Program-made: the position numbers and the translations under genes
From: a virus
Taxonomy: Duplodnaviria > Heunggongvirae > Uroviricota > Caudoviricetes
Direction: 5' to 3' (one strand)
DNA: 64,000 nt
IMG/VR virus record: IMGVR_UViG_3300023174_000136
Location: 1-64,000 of that record
Notes under the pieces: generated by a model
The model's input: only the letters and a program-made list of their open reading frames with translations
The model's database searches: none
Told to the model about the DNA's origin: nothing
Shown: positions 51,780-61,572 of the stretch, in pieces
Layout of the letters: each line of letters starts with the position of its first letter
How positions within the stretch are numbered: position 1 is the stretch's first letter

Positions 51780-53366
51780 GTGTCCATAGTTCAAATCAGC
51801 AGAATTCAAGTCCGTCGAGGTCAAACCACAATCACAGGTGTTCCACAACTTGCTAGCGGTGAACTTGGATGGAGCGTCGATCAGCAACAGTTGTATATTG
51901 GAAATGGAACGGTCAGTGATGGTGCGCCAGCAGTAGGTAATACTAGAATTTTGACTGAACATGATGCAAACATTTTTGCACTTACTACTCCTAATTATAT
52001 CTACTTAAATACGGAAAGCGGACCTTCGGTCCAAACAGGTCCATCTAGTAATCCTAACATTATTAGATTCATGCAGAATAAACTGGATGATACAGTTAAC
52101 TTACGAGACTTTGGTGCAACAGGAAATGGAGCGGTTGCAGACACTGGTGCTATACAACGAGCAGTCCTTCATGCGTCTTCCACTGGAAAAATTCTAAATT
52201 TTCCTGAAGGTACTTATCTAGTAACTGCCACAATATATCTTCCTCCACGTACTGAGATCAGAGGATCAGGAATTAATAAGACCACACTGGTCGCGACTAC
52301 TACTGCAACCATATTTCAAACAGTAGGCAGAGATATTAATGGAAGTATAGTATTGAATCCAAGCGGAGCGGTATCGACTCCTAGAGATATTGTCATTGAT
52401 AAAATTGGATTTGTTTCCTCATTAACTAACGCAGCTGCCATCATCAAATTTAACAGTGTTCTGGACGGTGTTATTTCTTCGTGTGGATTTAAAGGAAATC
52501 TATCACAGGTATCAACAAGTACCCATGCACCTGCTATTGAAATATTAGGCAGTGGATTATTAACTTGTGATGGAATTTCTATTAGGAATTCCATATTTCA
52601 AAGCTTGGGCACTGCATTGATTTCTAACTATGATGTAAAACGAGTAGAAATTTCAAATAATAAATTTAAAGACATTGATGCAGGTATGGTATTCATGAAA
52701 AATCCAGTATCCGGAAATATTATAGGACCTGATGCAGTTGTTATTCATGACAATACATTCTATAACATTAACAATCAAGCAGTATTTGATGGCAGCACTG
52801 GTACCAATAATTCATCTGTGAAAAGTTATAACAATTCTTATACAAGAGTGGGAGTTGGATATAATAATATTCAAGGAGATCTGGTTCAGGTCACTGAAGT
52901 TTTAAAATTTTCAAATTTTGATAACGTATCAATTAATGATGATTTTTCCAGACTGTATTCAATCAATACTGGATCTGTTTCTGCATTTTCTACTATTGTG
53001 CCAATCATCAACGGCCCAGTGTCATTTACAACTCAATTAATTAAACCTATTATTATCGCCTCTGCTGGTACTTATAATGTTTTTGCTTGGCCAACTAATG
53101 TTTATACTGCAAGCGGTGTTACTTGTCCAGGACAATCAATTTCTATCAATTATACTTTTGCAGCATCAAATACACTACGTGAAGGATCTGTTGATGTAGT
53201 AGTTAACGCAAACCGCTCTACTATCAATGACATATTTTCATACACCGACGCAAATGACGGTGGGTTGACCTTTGCATTAAATCAGTCCAGGAACGATGTA
53301 ACGGTGATAACTGTTACCGCTAGTGTTACTGGCACCTTAACTTATTCAATTAATATAAGACAATAA
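51780..53366 (+). CDS. tailspike/depolymerase with the conserved fibre N-terminal domain plus a pectate-lyase-fold (right-handed beta-helix) domain
   Basis: GTG start after AGGAGA. The N-terminus is ISRIQVRRGQ...LASGELGWSVDQQQLYIGNG. NLRDFGATGNGAVADTGAIQRAV is the pectate_lyase_3-type N-cap motif. Confidence 0.65.
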   Translation: MSIVQISRIQVRRGQTTITGVPQLASGELGWSVDQQQLYIGNGTVSDGAPAVGNTRILTEHDANIFALTTPNYIYLNTESGPSVQTGPSSNPNIIRFMQNKLDDTVNLRDFGATGNGAVADTGAIQRAVLHASSTGKILNFPEGTYLVTATIYLPPRTEIRGSGINKTTLVATTTATIFQTVGRDINGSIVLNPSGAVSTPRDIVIDKIGFVSSLTNAAAIIKFNSVLDGVISSCGFKGNLSQVSTSTHAPAIEILGSGLLTCDGISIRNSIFQSLGTALISNYDVKRVEISNNKFKDIDAGMVFMKNPVSGNIIGPDAVVIHDNTFYNINNQAVFDGSTGTNNSSVKSYNNSYTRVGVGYNNIQGDLVQVTEVLKFSNFDNVSINDDFSRLYSINTGSVSAFSTIVPIINGPVSFTTQLIKPIIIASAGTYNVFAWPTNVYTASGVTCPGQSISINYTFAASNTLREGSVDVVVNANRSTINDIFSYTDANDGGLTFALNQSRNDVTVITVTASVTGTLTYSINIRQ

Positions 53367-53651
53367 ATGTTTACATTAGATATTGATGACAGGCTTGCTT
53401 GTTGGTCTGACTTTAGAAAATCATTGGATATGAGTGCAACTCCAATAGAAGATTTGATCGCATTTTGGTCAAATGTATCGTTGATACCTCACAATCATAA
53501 CATAGATCCATATTATCAAGGCAGTTGGCCTACTCCGTGGGAAATAGTCGTAGAAAATAGATATGACGATTTTACTAAGGCCATTATGATGGGATATACA
53601 CTATTGCTACTGAAAGATTTAAAAAAAGTAATATTCAGATTAATACTTTAG
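53367..53651 (+). CDS. hypothetical protein
   Basis: TAAATG overlap. 94 aa. Confidence 0.4.
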   Translation: MFTLDIDDRLACWSDFRKSLDMSATPIEDLIAFWSNVSLIPHNHNIDPYYQGSWPTPWEIVVENRYDDFTKAIMMGYTLLLLKDLKKVIFRLIL

Positions 53652-53680
53652 TAGACAGGGAGCGTAATAGACTGTATAAT
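53652..53680 (+). promoter_or_regulatory. sigma70-like promoter TAGACA-N17-TATAAT upstream of nrdA
   Basis: Exact 17-nt spacer. It lies about 160 nt upstream of the nrdA ATG. Confidence 0.45.
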
Positions 53681-53843
53681 GTCGTTTTAGTAGATGATAA
53701 ATGGATTTTAAATTTTCGAGATGACAGATCAGTGATAAGTGAAGAAATTCCAAATTCTTGCAATTTAGAAAATTTGGTCGAGCTATCTCGTCCAAGGTAA
53801 ATACATACCTTGAAAAGATAAAAATAAAACAAAGAGGTGAAGA

Positions 53844-56162
53844 ATGATTTCAGTCGTTAAACGCAGTGGTGTCCGTGTGCCACTAGATCTAGAAAAGTGG
53901 CAGTCACAAATTTCTAAGATATGTAGCGGAATAGCGGATGTGAGTCAATCAATGATTGAAATCAAAGCATCACCAAATTTCTTTGATGGTATTACCACTA
54001 GAGAAATTGATCAACTTACATTAAGAGCAGTAGTTGACTTAATTGATATAGAATCTAATCCCAGTATCGGACACACCAATTATCAGTATGCTGCTGGAAA
54101 ACAACGACTTTCCATGCTTCGCAAAGACGTATATACTCAATACAATCCTCCACATCTATATGAAATTGTAAAAAAGAATGTAGCAGCAGGCCTTTATACT
54201 GCTGAACTTCTTGAGTGGTATACCGAAGACGATTGGAATAAAATGAATGATATTATTGATCATTCAAAAGACGAGGAATACTCATACGCTGCTATTGAAC
54301 AACTTATTGAAAAATATCTTGTAAGAAATAGAGCCACAAAAGAAATCTATGAAACTCCCCAAGTTCGTTACATGGTTGCGGCAGCAACAGTATTTCACCG
54401 AGAAGAGCCAAATTCCGCAAGAATGCGATATATTAAAGAATATTACAATGCAGCAAGTGATGGTTTATTTACGTTGGCTACTCCTGTGCTTGCTGGTCTC
54501 GGTACACCTACTAAGCAGTTCTCCTCTTGTGTTCTCATTCGTAGCGATGATGACCTTGATAGCATTTTTGCTTCGGGAGAGATGATGGCAAAATATGCCA
54601 GTAAACGAGCTGGTATTGGCTTAGAAATAGGTAGACTTCGTCCTCTTGGTTCTCCTATTCGCGGTGGTGAAATCATGCATACTGGAATGATTCCTTTTCT
54701 AAAGAAGTGGTTTGGTGACCTTCGTAGTTGTAGTCAAGGAGGCATTCGTAATGCTAGTGCTACTGTTTTCTACCCAATTTGGCATCATCAGTTTGATGAT
54801 CTAATTGTTCTTAAAAACAATCAAGGAACCGAAGAAACCCGTGTCCGTCATATGGACTATGGTGTTGTTCTATCTGCATTCTTTTGGCGTCGTTTTAAAA
54901 ACAAAGAGAATATTACATTCTTTGATCCTAATGAAGTGCCAGATCTTTATGAAGCATTTTATACAAACACTACAAAGTTTGAAGAACTTTATGTAAAGTA
55001 TGAAAAGCGCCGAGATTTACGAAAAAAGACCATGAGTGCTGAAGAAGTATTCAAAAGTGGCATTCTCAAGGAACGCACTGATACGGGTAGAATCTATCTT
55101 GTGTTTATTGACAATGTGATGAATCAGGGACCATTTGACCCTGAGTATCATACAATCTATCAATCAAACTTGTGTGTTGAGATCCTTCTTCCCACAAAGT
55201 CATTCAAGCGATTAGATGACCCGACTGGCCGAATAGCACTCTGTACCCTCGGAAGTATAAATTGGGGTGCCTTTAGAAATCCAGAAGACATGCGGAGAGC
55301 GTGTCGCATTCTACTTCGTAGCTTGAATAACGTTCTAGACTATCAGGACTTCTTGTCAATTCAGTCTAAATTGTCAAACGATGAGATTCGTCCGATTGGT
55401 ATTGGTGTTACTAATCTTGCTTATTGGCATGCCAAGCGTAGTTTTAAGTATGGTGAAGCAGATGCGCTTCAAGAAGTCAAGAGTTGGGCAGAACACCAGA
55501 CCTACTATCTAATGGAAGCGAATGTAGAACTTGCTAAAGAGCGCGGCAAATGTGTAGACAGTGACAAGACTCGTTATGGTCATGGTATTTTTCCCTGGGA
55601 ACTCCGCGCAAAGGGATCAAACGAACTTACAGATTTTACTCCTGAACTTGATTGGGAATCGCTTCGAAGTGCTATGATAGAACATGGTGTTCGCAATGCA
55701 ACAGTGGGTGCTATTGCTCCTGTTGAATCCTCGTCGGTTGTGATTAATTCTACTAACGGTATTGCATTGCCAATGAGTTTGATTTCTATTAAGGAATCAA
55801 AGGCAGGTTCATTTGTTCAGGTAGTTCCTGAATACCACAATACAAAAGTTCGTAAGAATTACCAACTTATGTGGGAACAAACTGATTGCGTTGGATATCT
55901 CAAGACTTCCGCCGTTCTTGCTGCGTACATGGATCAGAGTATATCTACTGATACTTTTTATAATCCAGCACATTTTCCTGATCGTAAAGTTCCTACTACG
56001 CTTATTGCCAAGAATTTGATGCTCGCGCATTACTGGGGAATAAAAACTCTATACTATAGTTTGGTTAATAAACAAGGTGCCAAAGAAGAAGCAGACGAAG
56101 CTCCGCTTGAAGAAATTGATTTCTTTGATGAGGATTCTGATTGCGATTCGTGTAAGTTATAA
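53844..56162 (+). CDS. nrdA: ribonucleoside-diphosphate reductase alpha subunit (class Ia) with an ATP-cone
   Basis: The N-terminal ATP-cone is VVKRSGVRVPLDLEKW. The active-site motif is SNLCVEILLP and the C-terminal redox pair is CDSCKL. 772 aa. Confidence 0.9.
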   Translation: MISVVKRSGVRVPLDLEKWQSQISKICSGIADVSQSMIEIKASPNFFDGITTREIDQLTLRAVVDLIDIESNPSIGHTNYQYAAGKQRLSMLRKDVYTQYNPPHLYEIVKKNVAAGLYTAELLEWYTEDDWNKMNDIIDHSKDEEYSYAAIEQLIEKYLVRNRATKEIYETPQVRYMVAAATVFHREEPNSARMRYIKEYYNAASDGLFTLATPVLAGLGTPTKQFSSCVLIRSDDDLDSIFASGEMMAKYASKRAGIGLEIGRLRPLGSPIRGGEIMHTGMIPFLKKWFGDLRSCSQGGIRNASATVFYPIWHHQFDDLIVLKNNQGTEETRVRHMDYGVVLSAFFWRRFKNKENITFFDPNEVPDLYEAFYTNTTKFEELYVKYEKRRDLRKKTMSAEEVFKSGILKERTDTGRIYLVFIDNVMNQGPFDPEYHTIYQSNLCVEILLPTKSFKRLDDPTGRIALCTLGSINWGAFRNPEDMRRACRILLRSLNNVLDYQDFLSIQSKLSNDEIRPIGIGVTNLAYWHAKRSFKYGEADALQEVKSWAEHQTYYLMEANVELAKERGKCVDSDKTRYGHGIFPWELRAKGSNELTDFTPELDWESLRSAMIEHGVRNATVGAIAPVESSSVVINSTNGIALPMSLISIKESKAGSFVQVVPEYHNTKVRKNYQLMWEQTDCVGYLKTSAVLAAYMDQSISTDTFYNPAHFPDRKVPTTLIAKNLMLAHYWGIKTLYYSLVNKQGAKEEADEAPLEEIDFFDEDSDCDSCKL

Positions 56163-56173
56163 GGATAAAAATA

Positions 56174-57274
56174 ATGTCTAAACAGCAATACAATTTAAAC
56201 ACTAAGCCCGACTACCTACAGCGAAAAATGTTTCTTGATCCTGCCGGCCCAGTGGTCGTACAACGGTTTGAGGAAGTCAAGTATCAGAAATTACAGAAGA
56301 TTGAACAGACGGCTCGTGGTTTCTTTTGGGTTCCAGAAGAAGTGTCATTGACTAAAGACGCAAATGACATGAAAGAAGCTAGTGAAGCTGTTGCTCATAT
56401 ATTTACTGGCAATGTTCTTAGACAAACTGCATTAGATAGCTTACAGGGCAGAGCACCTGCGCAGGTATTTACTCCTGTGTGTTCTATTCCTGAACTTGAA
56501 GCAATCATGGCTAACTGGAGCTTTTTTGAAACCAATATTCATTCACGGTCATACAGTCACATCATTCGCAATATTTACAATGTGCCTAAAGAAGTATTCA
56601 ACACGATCCATGACACTAAAGAAATTATTGACATGGCCGCTAGTGTTGGGGACTATTATGATCGTCTTCACCTTCTCAATTGTCAAAAGGAACTTGGTCA
56701 AGAAGTTTCCGAGCAAGATCACATCAATGCAATTTGGCTAGCACTTCATGCATCATATGCACTTGAAGCATTTAGGTTTATGGTATCATTTGCCACTTCA
56801 CTGGCAATGGTTGAGAACAAGATTTTCATAGGCAATGGAAATATAATTAGCCTAATTTTACAAGATGAGCTACTTCACAAAGAGTGGACTGCTTGGATAA
56901 TTAACCAAGTTATCAAAGAAGATCCTAGATTTCAAGTTGCAAAAACTATGTGCGAAGCAGAAGTTCGTAAGATTTACGAAGGCGTGATTCGAGAAGAAAA
57001 AGAATGGGCTACTTATCTATTCAAGAAGGGCCCAGTAATTGGACTTAATGAACGTATTATGATTGACTTTGTTGATTATAATGCAGTGGACGCACTTAAA
57101 CAAATTGGTATCAAATATTGGAATCCAGCGCCAAAGACTACCCCTATTCCGTGGTTTAATAAACATACTGATACCTCTAAGAAACAAACTGCACTACAAG
57201 AATCAGAATCAACATCGTATGTCATAGGAGTTATGACCGATTCACTTGATTACGAAGAATTACCGGATTTATAA
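56174..57274 (+). CDS. nrdB: ribonucleoside-diphosphate reductase beta subunit
   Basis: It immediately follows nrdA. The 366-aa ferritin-like protein carries the conserved Glu/His iron-ligand layout. Confidence 0.85.
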   Translation: MSKQQYNLNTKPDYLQRKMFLDPAGPVVVQRFEEVKYQKLQKIEQTARGFFWVPEEVSLTKDANDMKEASEAVAHIFTGNVLRQTALDSLQGRAPAQVFTPVCSIPELEAIMANWSFFETNIHSRSYSHIIRNIYNVPKEVFNTIHDTKEIIDMAASVGDYYDRLHLLNCQKELGQEVSEQDHINAIWLALHASYALEAFRFMVSFATSLAMVENKIFIGNGNIISLILQDELLHKEWTAWIINQVIKEDPRFQVAKTMCEAEVRKIYEGVIREEKEWATYLFKKGPVIGLNERIMIDFVDYNAVDALKQIGIKYWNPAPKTTPIPWFNKHTDTSKKQTALQESESTSYVIGVMTDSLDYEELPDL

Positions 57275-57287
57275 GGAAATATAGGAA

Positions 57288-57914
57288 ATGGATTATAATT
57301 CATTTTACGAAATATTTTTAAATGAAATGCCTCAGAGAATAAATGGAGGCAATCCTTTTCCTTATCTTAGTTCGGTAATAGATCAGTTAATTTCAAATGG
57401 AGCGCCAGTTCAACATGTAATTAACGATATTTACCAAGTTGGTGATTTTTATTGGGCTGGTTCAGAAGACGGATCATTGAAAAAGATATGTATGTCAGCA
57501 TCGTTGACTTCTAACTTATTTAAGGTTAATGCCACGGGCAAAAATCCAGAATATAAATCTAAGCCTCCGTTTGCAATGGATTTTTATTTAACACTGTCAA
57601 ATATACTAAAGCGAGGAATAAAATTTTCAAGTGATAATGTTCTTAGTGACGGCGGATTTAATATCTGGAAACATATTTTTGATAATGGACACAGTTTATT
57701 AGTCTATGATTCATCAATAGGATCATATAAGTCAGATAACATCAGATCATATGACGAACTCATGACATATTTTTCTGATAAGTCCGCCAGTAATAAGTAT
57801 CAATTCGTCATTGATGGAATTAACGAAAATATTAATTTATTAGGTAAATTTGAAATAATGGAATGGAAAAGACTATCCGGTTATCCCTTAGAAGATTTAT
57901 TCAAAAGAAAATAA
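57288..57914 (+). CDS. hypothetical protein
   Basis: AAGGAAATATAGGAAATG. 208 aa. Confidence 0.5.
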   Translation: MDYNSFYEIFLNEMPQRINGGNPFPYLSSVIDQLISNGAPVQHVINDIYQVGDFYWAGSEDGSLKKICMSASLTSNLFKVNATGKNPEYKSKPPFAMDFYLTLSNILKRGIKFSSDNVLSDGGFNIWKHIFDNGHSLLVYDSSIGSYKSDNIRSYDELMTYFSDKSASNKYQFVIDGINENINLLGKFEIMEWKRLSGYPLEDLFKRK

Positions 57915-57960
57915 TAAAATAAAAGGAATTATAAATTATGTCAGAAATAGGAAAAACACG

Positions 57961-58185
57961 ATGAATGCAATTATTTGGTCAAAAGACGCCTGTCCGTTTT
58001 GTGTGCAGGCAAAAGTACTTCTAGAGAAGAAGGGTATTGAATTTGAAGAGCGCAAAATTGGCGATGGATATACTCGTGAGGATCTTCTAGCAGAAGTTCC
58101 AAACGCACGAACAGTTCCTCAGATTTTTCTAGACGGTGAACTTATTGGCGGATACACTGATCTTCGCGATTATTTCGATAGGTGA
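57961..58185 (+). CDS. glutaredoxin (NrdH/Grx-like, CPFC active site)
   Basis: WSKDACPFCVQAKVLL...TVPQIFLDGELIGGYTDL. Confidence 0.8.
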   Translation: MNAIIWSKDACPFCVQAKVLLEKKGIEFEERKIGDGYTREDLLAEVPNARTVPQIFLDGELIGGYTDLRDYFDR

Positions 58186-58188
58186 ATT

Positions 58189-58548
58189 ATGGAAGGTGAC
58201 TCCACTTCGCTTGGCGCCAGTAGTTTATATAATTATACCACTCTTGACGTAGGCAACTATTATAAAAATATTACCGCACCAACTTATGCCCATTCAACCA
58301 TTAATTCAACAATTGGTTCCGGAGGATTGTATACTAATAGTTCAGGACTAAAAGTTACGGGTTCAGCAGAATTTGAAGGTGATGTTAAAATCAATGGAAA
58401 AAGTCTTGTTGATAGACTCGATGCAATTGAAAAGAGGTTGTCTATTTTGACTCCTGATCCTAAGAAATTGGCTAAGTACGAAGCGCTACAAAAAGCCTAC
58501 GATAACTATAAAATTTTAGAAAAGTTGTGTTTTGATGACGACAAATAA
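58189..58548 (+). CDS. hypothetical protein
   Basis: AGGTGA RBS. 119 aa. Confidence 0.45.
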   Translation: MEGDSTSLGASSLYNYTTLDVGNYYKNITAPTYAHSTINSTIGSGGLYTNSSGLKVTGSAEFEGDVKINGKSLVDRLDAIEKRLSILTPDPKKLAKYEALQKAYDNYKILEKLCFDDDK

Positions 58549-58678
58549 CGATCAGACAGTAAGACAACTTGCAGAGCAAGTGCGTGAACTATCAAAACAG
58601 GTAGAATTTCTCAAACGAGAGAATAGTAGGCGAAAGTCAGAAATAAATCAAATAATATCAGCAATAAGAAAAGGTTAA
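58535..58678 (+). CDS. possible small coiled-coil protein (47 aa)
   Basis: ATG ORF giving MTTNNDQTVRQLAEQVRELSKQVEFLKRENSRRKSEINQIISAIRKG. It overlaps the previous gene's end out of frame. Confidence 0.25.
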   Translation: MTTNNDQTVRQLAEQVRELSKQVEFLKRENSRRKSEINQIISAIRKG

Positions 58679-58680
58679 TA

Positions 58681-58854
58681 GTGTCCAAGCGAGATAAAGA
58701 ACGCGATCCTAACGCAATTTTAAAGTTTAATTTGAAAATTTTAGAAGGCCTTAAGCAAAGGTTGCAGTCATGTAAGTCAGAAGATATCAATGTACTATTG
58801 AGGCGGGATATCAAAGAATTAGAAGAAAAAATAGAAAGAATAAAGAAACTATGA
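58681..58854 (+). CDS. possible small coiled-coil protein (GTG start, 57 aa)
   Basis: ORF VSKRDKERDPNAILKFNLKILEGLKQRLQ... There is no clear RBS. Confidence 0.2.
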   Translation: MSKRDKERDPNAILKFNLKILEGLKQRLQSCKSEDINVLLRRDIKELEEKIERIKKL

Positions 58855-58892
58855 AAGATGCAAAATGAGTATTGATATATCAACATGAAATA

Positions 58893-59474
58893 TTATGATT
58901 TTTTAGATTTACTTTTTAAATGATTCGCAAGATTACCGGCATTTAATTCTTTTTGACAACACAGACAACATGCGTACGGCTTGCCATTGGATTTTTTTAA
59001 TTTTTGTAGGGTTTCGAGAGAGTGTTTTTTTCCTTTTCTAGAAGCACTCATCTTGGCTTTTGATTCATCGGAATGTCCCTTGTTGTACAATGGATGTTTT
59101 TCTCCCGCAAATTGTCCAATTCTTGCTAATGAATTTTTTGCCCTTGTTTCAACAGAATGTTTTCGCCCATACATAGGATTGTCTACACCTGAATTTCTTG
59201 GTCCTCTATTTCCACCAAGCTTCATATTATATGTGTCTTTTCTAGCGATGAATTCATCATTCACTAAGGTTTCTTCTAATTTATAGGCTTCGTCGATGCT
59301 CTCGAATATATGTAAAATTTCTTTGATAAAATGTTCTTTTCCGTGTTTCTTTATTGCACGTTTTAAAGAAGTACCAGATCCCATATAAGAATCGTGTAAA
59401 TCATTTGTACCGTGTACTCCAATATAAATTTTATTATTGACTTTATTGGTTATTTTATATATAATGTACATCAT
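58893..59474 (-). CDS. GIY-YIG homing endonuclease (I-TevI-like) with NUMOD3-like repeats and a C-terminal zinc finger
   Basis: The GIY-YIG core is YIIYKITNKVNNKIYIGVHGT...SYMGSG. KHSVETRAKNS, KHSDESKAKMS and KHSLETLQKL are NUMOD3-like. The C-terminal Cys cluster is CCLCCQK. Confidence 0.8.
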   Translation of the reverse strand: MMYIIYKITNKVNNKIYIGVHGTNDLHDSYMGSGTSLKRAIKKHGKEHFIKEILHIFESIDEAYKLEETLVNDEFIARKDTYNMKLGGNRGPRNSGVDNPMYGRKHSVETRAKNSLARIGQFAGEKHPLYNKGHSDESKAKMSASRKGKKHSLETLQKLKKSNGKPYACCLCCQKELNAGNLANHLKSKSKKS

Positions 59475-59512
59475 AAAGTTATCCTTTATGATATTTATAA
59501 GAAAGTTAGATC

Positions 59513-60211
59513 ATGGAAGTTAATTTAGTAGGCATCACACAGCCAAATTATCGTTATACAGGGTGCGATACAGCAAACGAGTTAGTGGCGTGGTGCGCTA
59601 GGATATCTAACCCAAGTAACCAAAATAATACTGCAACTGCTCCAAAGCTAGTTGAATACCTGATTAGAAATCAGCATTGGTCACCTCTTGAAATGGTCAG
59701 TGTGCAGATGGAAATTAAAACTACTAGGGATATCGCTCGCCAGTTACTGCGACATCGTAGTTTCAGTTTTCAAGAATATAGTCAGCGATACGCTGATCCT
59801 ACCAAGGATTTAAATTGGCAATTACGGGATGCTCGTCTCCAGGACACCAAGAATCGTCAAAATAGTATTGAAACTGACGATACGGAACTTACAAAAGACT
59901 GGGATAATAGACAGGATGAAGTAATGCAAAATGCTTTAACAGCATATAATTGGGCAATCGAAAACGGCATCGCCAAGGAACAAGCTCGTGCAGTTCTCCC
60001 TGAAGGATTAACTGAATCAGTGGTTATTGTCTCCGGATCACTTCGGTCATGGGTACACTATTGCCAGCTTCGCATGGACAAAGCAACTCAGAAAGAACAC
60101 AGAATTGTTGCAGAACAGTGCTGGGCAATTATTGCCAACGAGTTTCCTGATATTGATCGAGCTTTAACAGAAATCGCAGAATTTGAAGAATTTAAGAGAA
60201 AGTTACCATAA
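59513..60211 (+). CDS. thyX: flavin-dependent thymidylate synthase
   Basis: ThyX signature RHRSFSFQEYS (RHR-x7-S). 232 aa. Confidence 0.85.
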   Translation: MEVNLVGITQPNYRYTGCDTANELVAWCARISNPSNQNNTATAPKLVEYLIRNQHWSPLEMVSVQMEIKTTRDIARQLLRHRSFSFQEYSQRYADPTKDLNWQLRDARLQDTKNRQNSIETDDTELTKDWDNRQDEVMQNALTAYNWAIENGIAKEQARAVLPEGLTESVVIVSGSLRSWVHYCQLRMDKATQKEHRIVAEQCWAIIANEFPDIDRALTEIAEFEEFKRKLP

Positions 60212-60495
60212 TGATTATTAATAAACCTTTTGAAGTAAATGATGTCGTTACACTTAAATTAGCCAGTGGTGAAGAACTAATCGCCAAGTTGGTAAATACT
60301 GCAGGCGCAGAATGGACGATTAGTAATCCCTATGCGGTAGTGATGACTACTCAAGGTCCTGGACTTCAACATTGGTTAGTAACAGCCGATGCTAAGAATG
60401 TCAGAATTTCCAAAGATAAAGTAGTGGCAATAGAGACTACTATCAAAGATTATAAATCACAATATGTTGAAATAACAACCGGACTGGTTGTCTAA
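60211..60495 (+). CDS. hypothetical protein
   Basis: TAATG overlap. 94 aa. Confidence 0.45.
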   Translation: MIINKPFEVNDVVTLKLASGEELIAKLVNTAGAEWTISNPYAVVMTTQGPGLQHWLVTADAKNVRISKDKVVAIETTIKDYKSQYVEITTGLVV

Positions 60496-60792
60496 ATAAT
60501 ACATCCCTTGGATGTATACAACATAGTTGTTGACAGGGTGAGAGTCCCTTGAGATCAGGCGGGGATCGTATAAATCCAAGGGTCCCGCCACTTAATATGC
60601 ACATTTAAGTTTGTTATTTGCCTATTTAAATATAGACATTGATTCCGATGCAGACAATTCTAAGTAGTCCTTACATGCGAGAAATATGATACATTATTAA
60701 ATGAAATTAATTGGACAATTCCAACAGTCATTTTGTACATGCTAATAAATATTCATTGATTAGATTATCTTTTTCGTATAAAATAGGCACAT

Positions 60793-61572
60793 ATGAAACA
60801 TAAACAAAAATATAGAACAATTTTTATATCCGACGTCCACCTTGGTACCAAAGATTGTCAAGCAGACTTGCTTAACAATTTTTTAAAAAACAATAGTTGT
60901 GAAACTCTGTATCTTGTAGGTGATATCATTGACGGCTGGAAGATTCAAAAAAATAAGTTCCGATGGAAACAGAGTCATAGTAATGTAATACGTAGAATTC
61001 TTGGATTTGCTAAACACGGAACAAGAGTAGTTTATGTGTTAGGTAATCATGATGAATTTCTGCGTCCATATTTGCGTTTTGGACTTGCATTTGGTAATGT
61101 GGAAATTGTCAATCAAATTGAACACATTGGCGCAGACAATAAACATTATCTAGTTGTGCATGGAGATTTATTTGACGGCATAACTCGTATAAACAAGTGG
61201 ATTAGTTTTCTTGGCGACAGTGCCTATGATTTTGTTCTAGCATTAAACACTAAATTCAATTGGCTCAGACACAAGATGGGTTTTGGATATTGGTCCTTGA
61301 GTAAGTATCTTAAACATAGAGTAAAGCGAGCAGTGGACTTTATGTTTGAGTTTGAAAAGAATTTGGCTGCATATTGCAAACGCAAAGGCTATGATGGCGT
61401 GGTCTGTGGCCACATCCATAATGCCGAAATCAAAGAAATTTACGGAGTTGCCTACATGAACACAGGAGACTGGGTGGAATCCTGTACCGCGCTGGTAGAG
61501 CATCATGATGGTCGATGGGAAATTATAAATTGGACAAGCAACGATGTCGGTACTGATACTAACAAAGCGTAA
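60793..61572 (+). CDS. LpxH-family calcineurin-like metallophosphoesterase
   Basis: FISDVHLG, LYLVGDIIDGW, VLGNHDEFL, HGDLFD, CGHIHNAEI and TGDWVE match the motif order of the UDP-2,3-diacylglucosamine hydrolase family. Confidence 0.6.
   Translation: MKHKQKYRTIFISDVHLGTKDCQADLLNNFLKNNSCETLYLVGDIIDGWKIQKNKFRWKQSHSNVIRRILGFAKHGTRVVYVLGNHDEFLRPYLRFGLAFGNVEIVNQIEHIGADNKHYLVVHGDLFDGITRINKWISFLGDSAYDFVLALNTKFNWLRHKMGFGYWSLSKYLKHRVKRAVDFMFEFEKNLAAYCKRKGYDGVVCGHIHNAEIKEIYGVAYMNTGDWVESCTALVEHHDGRWEIINWTSNDVGTDTNKA

Noticed and set aside
53844-57274. Intein or group I intron in nrdA or nrdB (common in phage RNR genes)
   Set aside because: Both ORFs are uninterrupted and of normal length (772 and 366 aa) with the catalytic motifs in the usual order.
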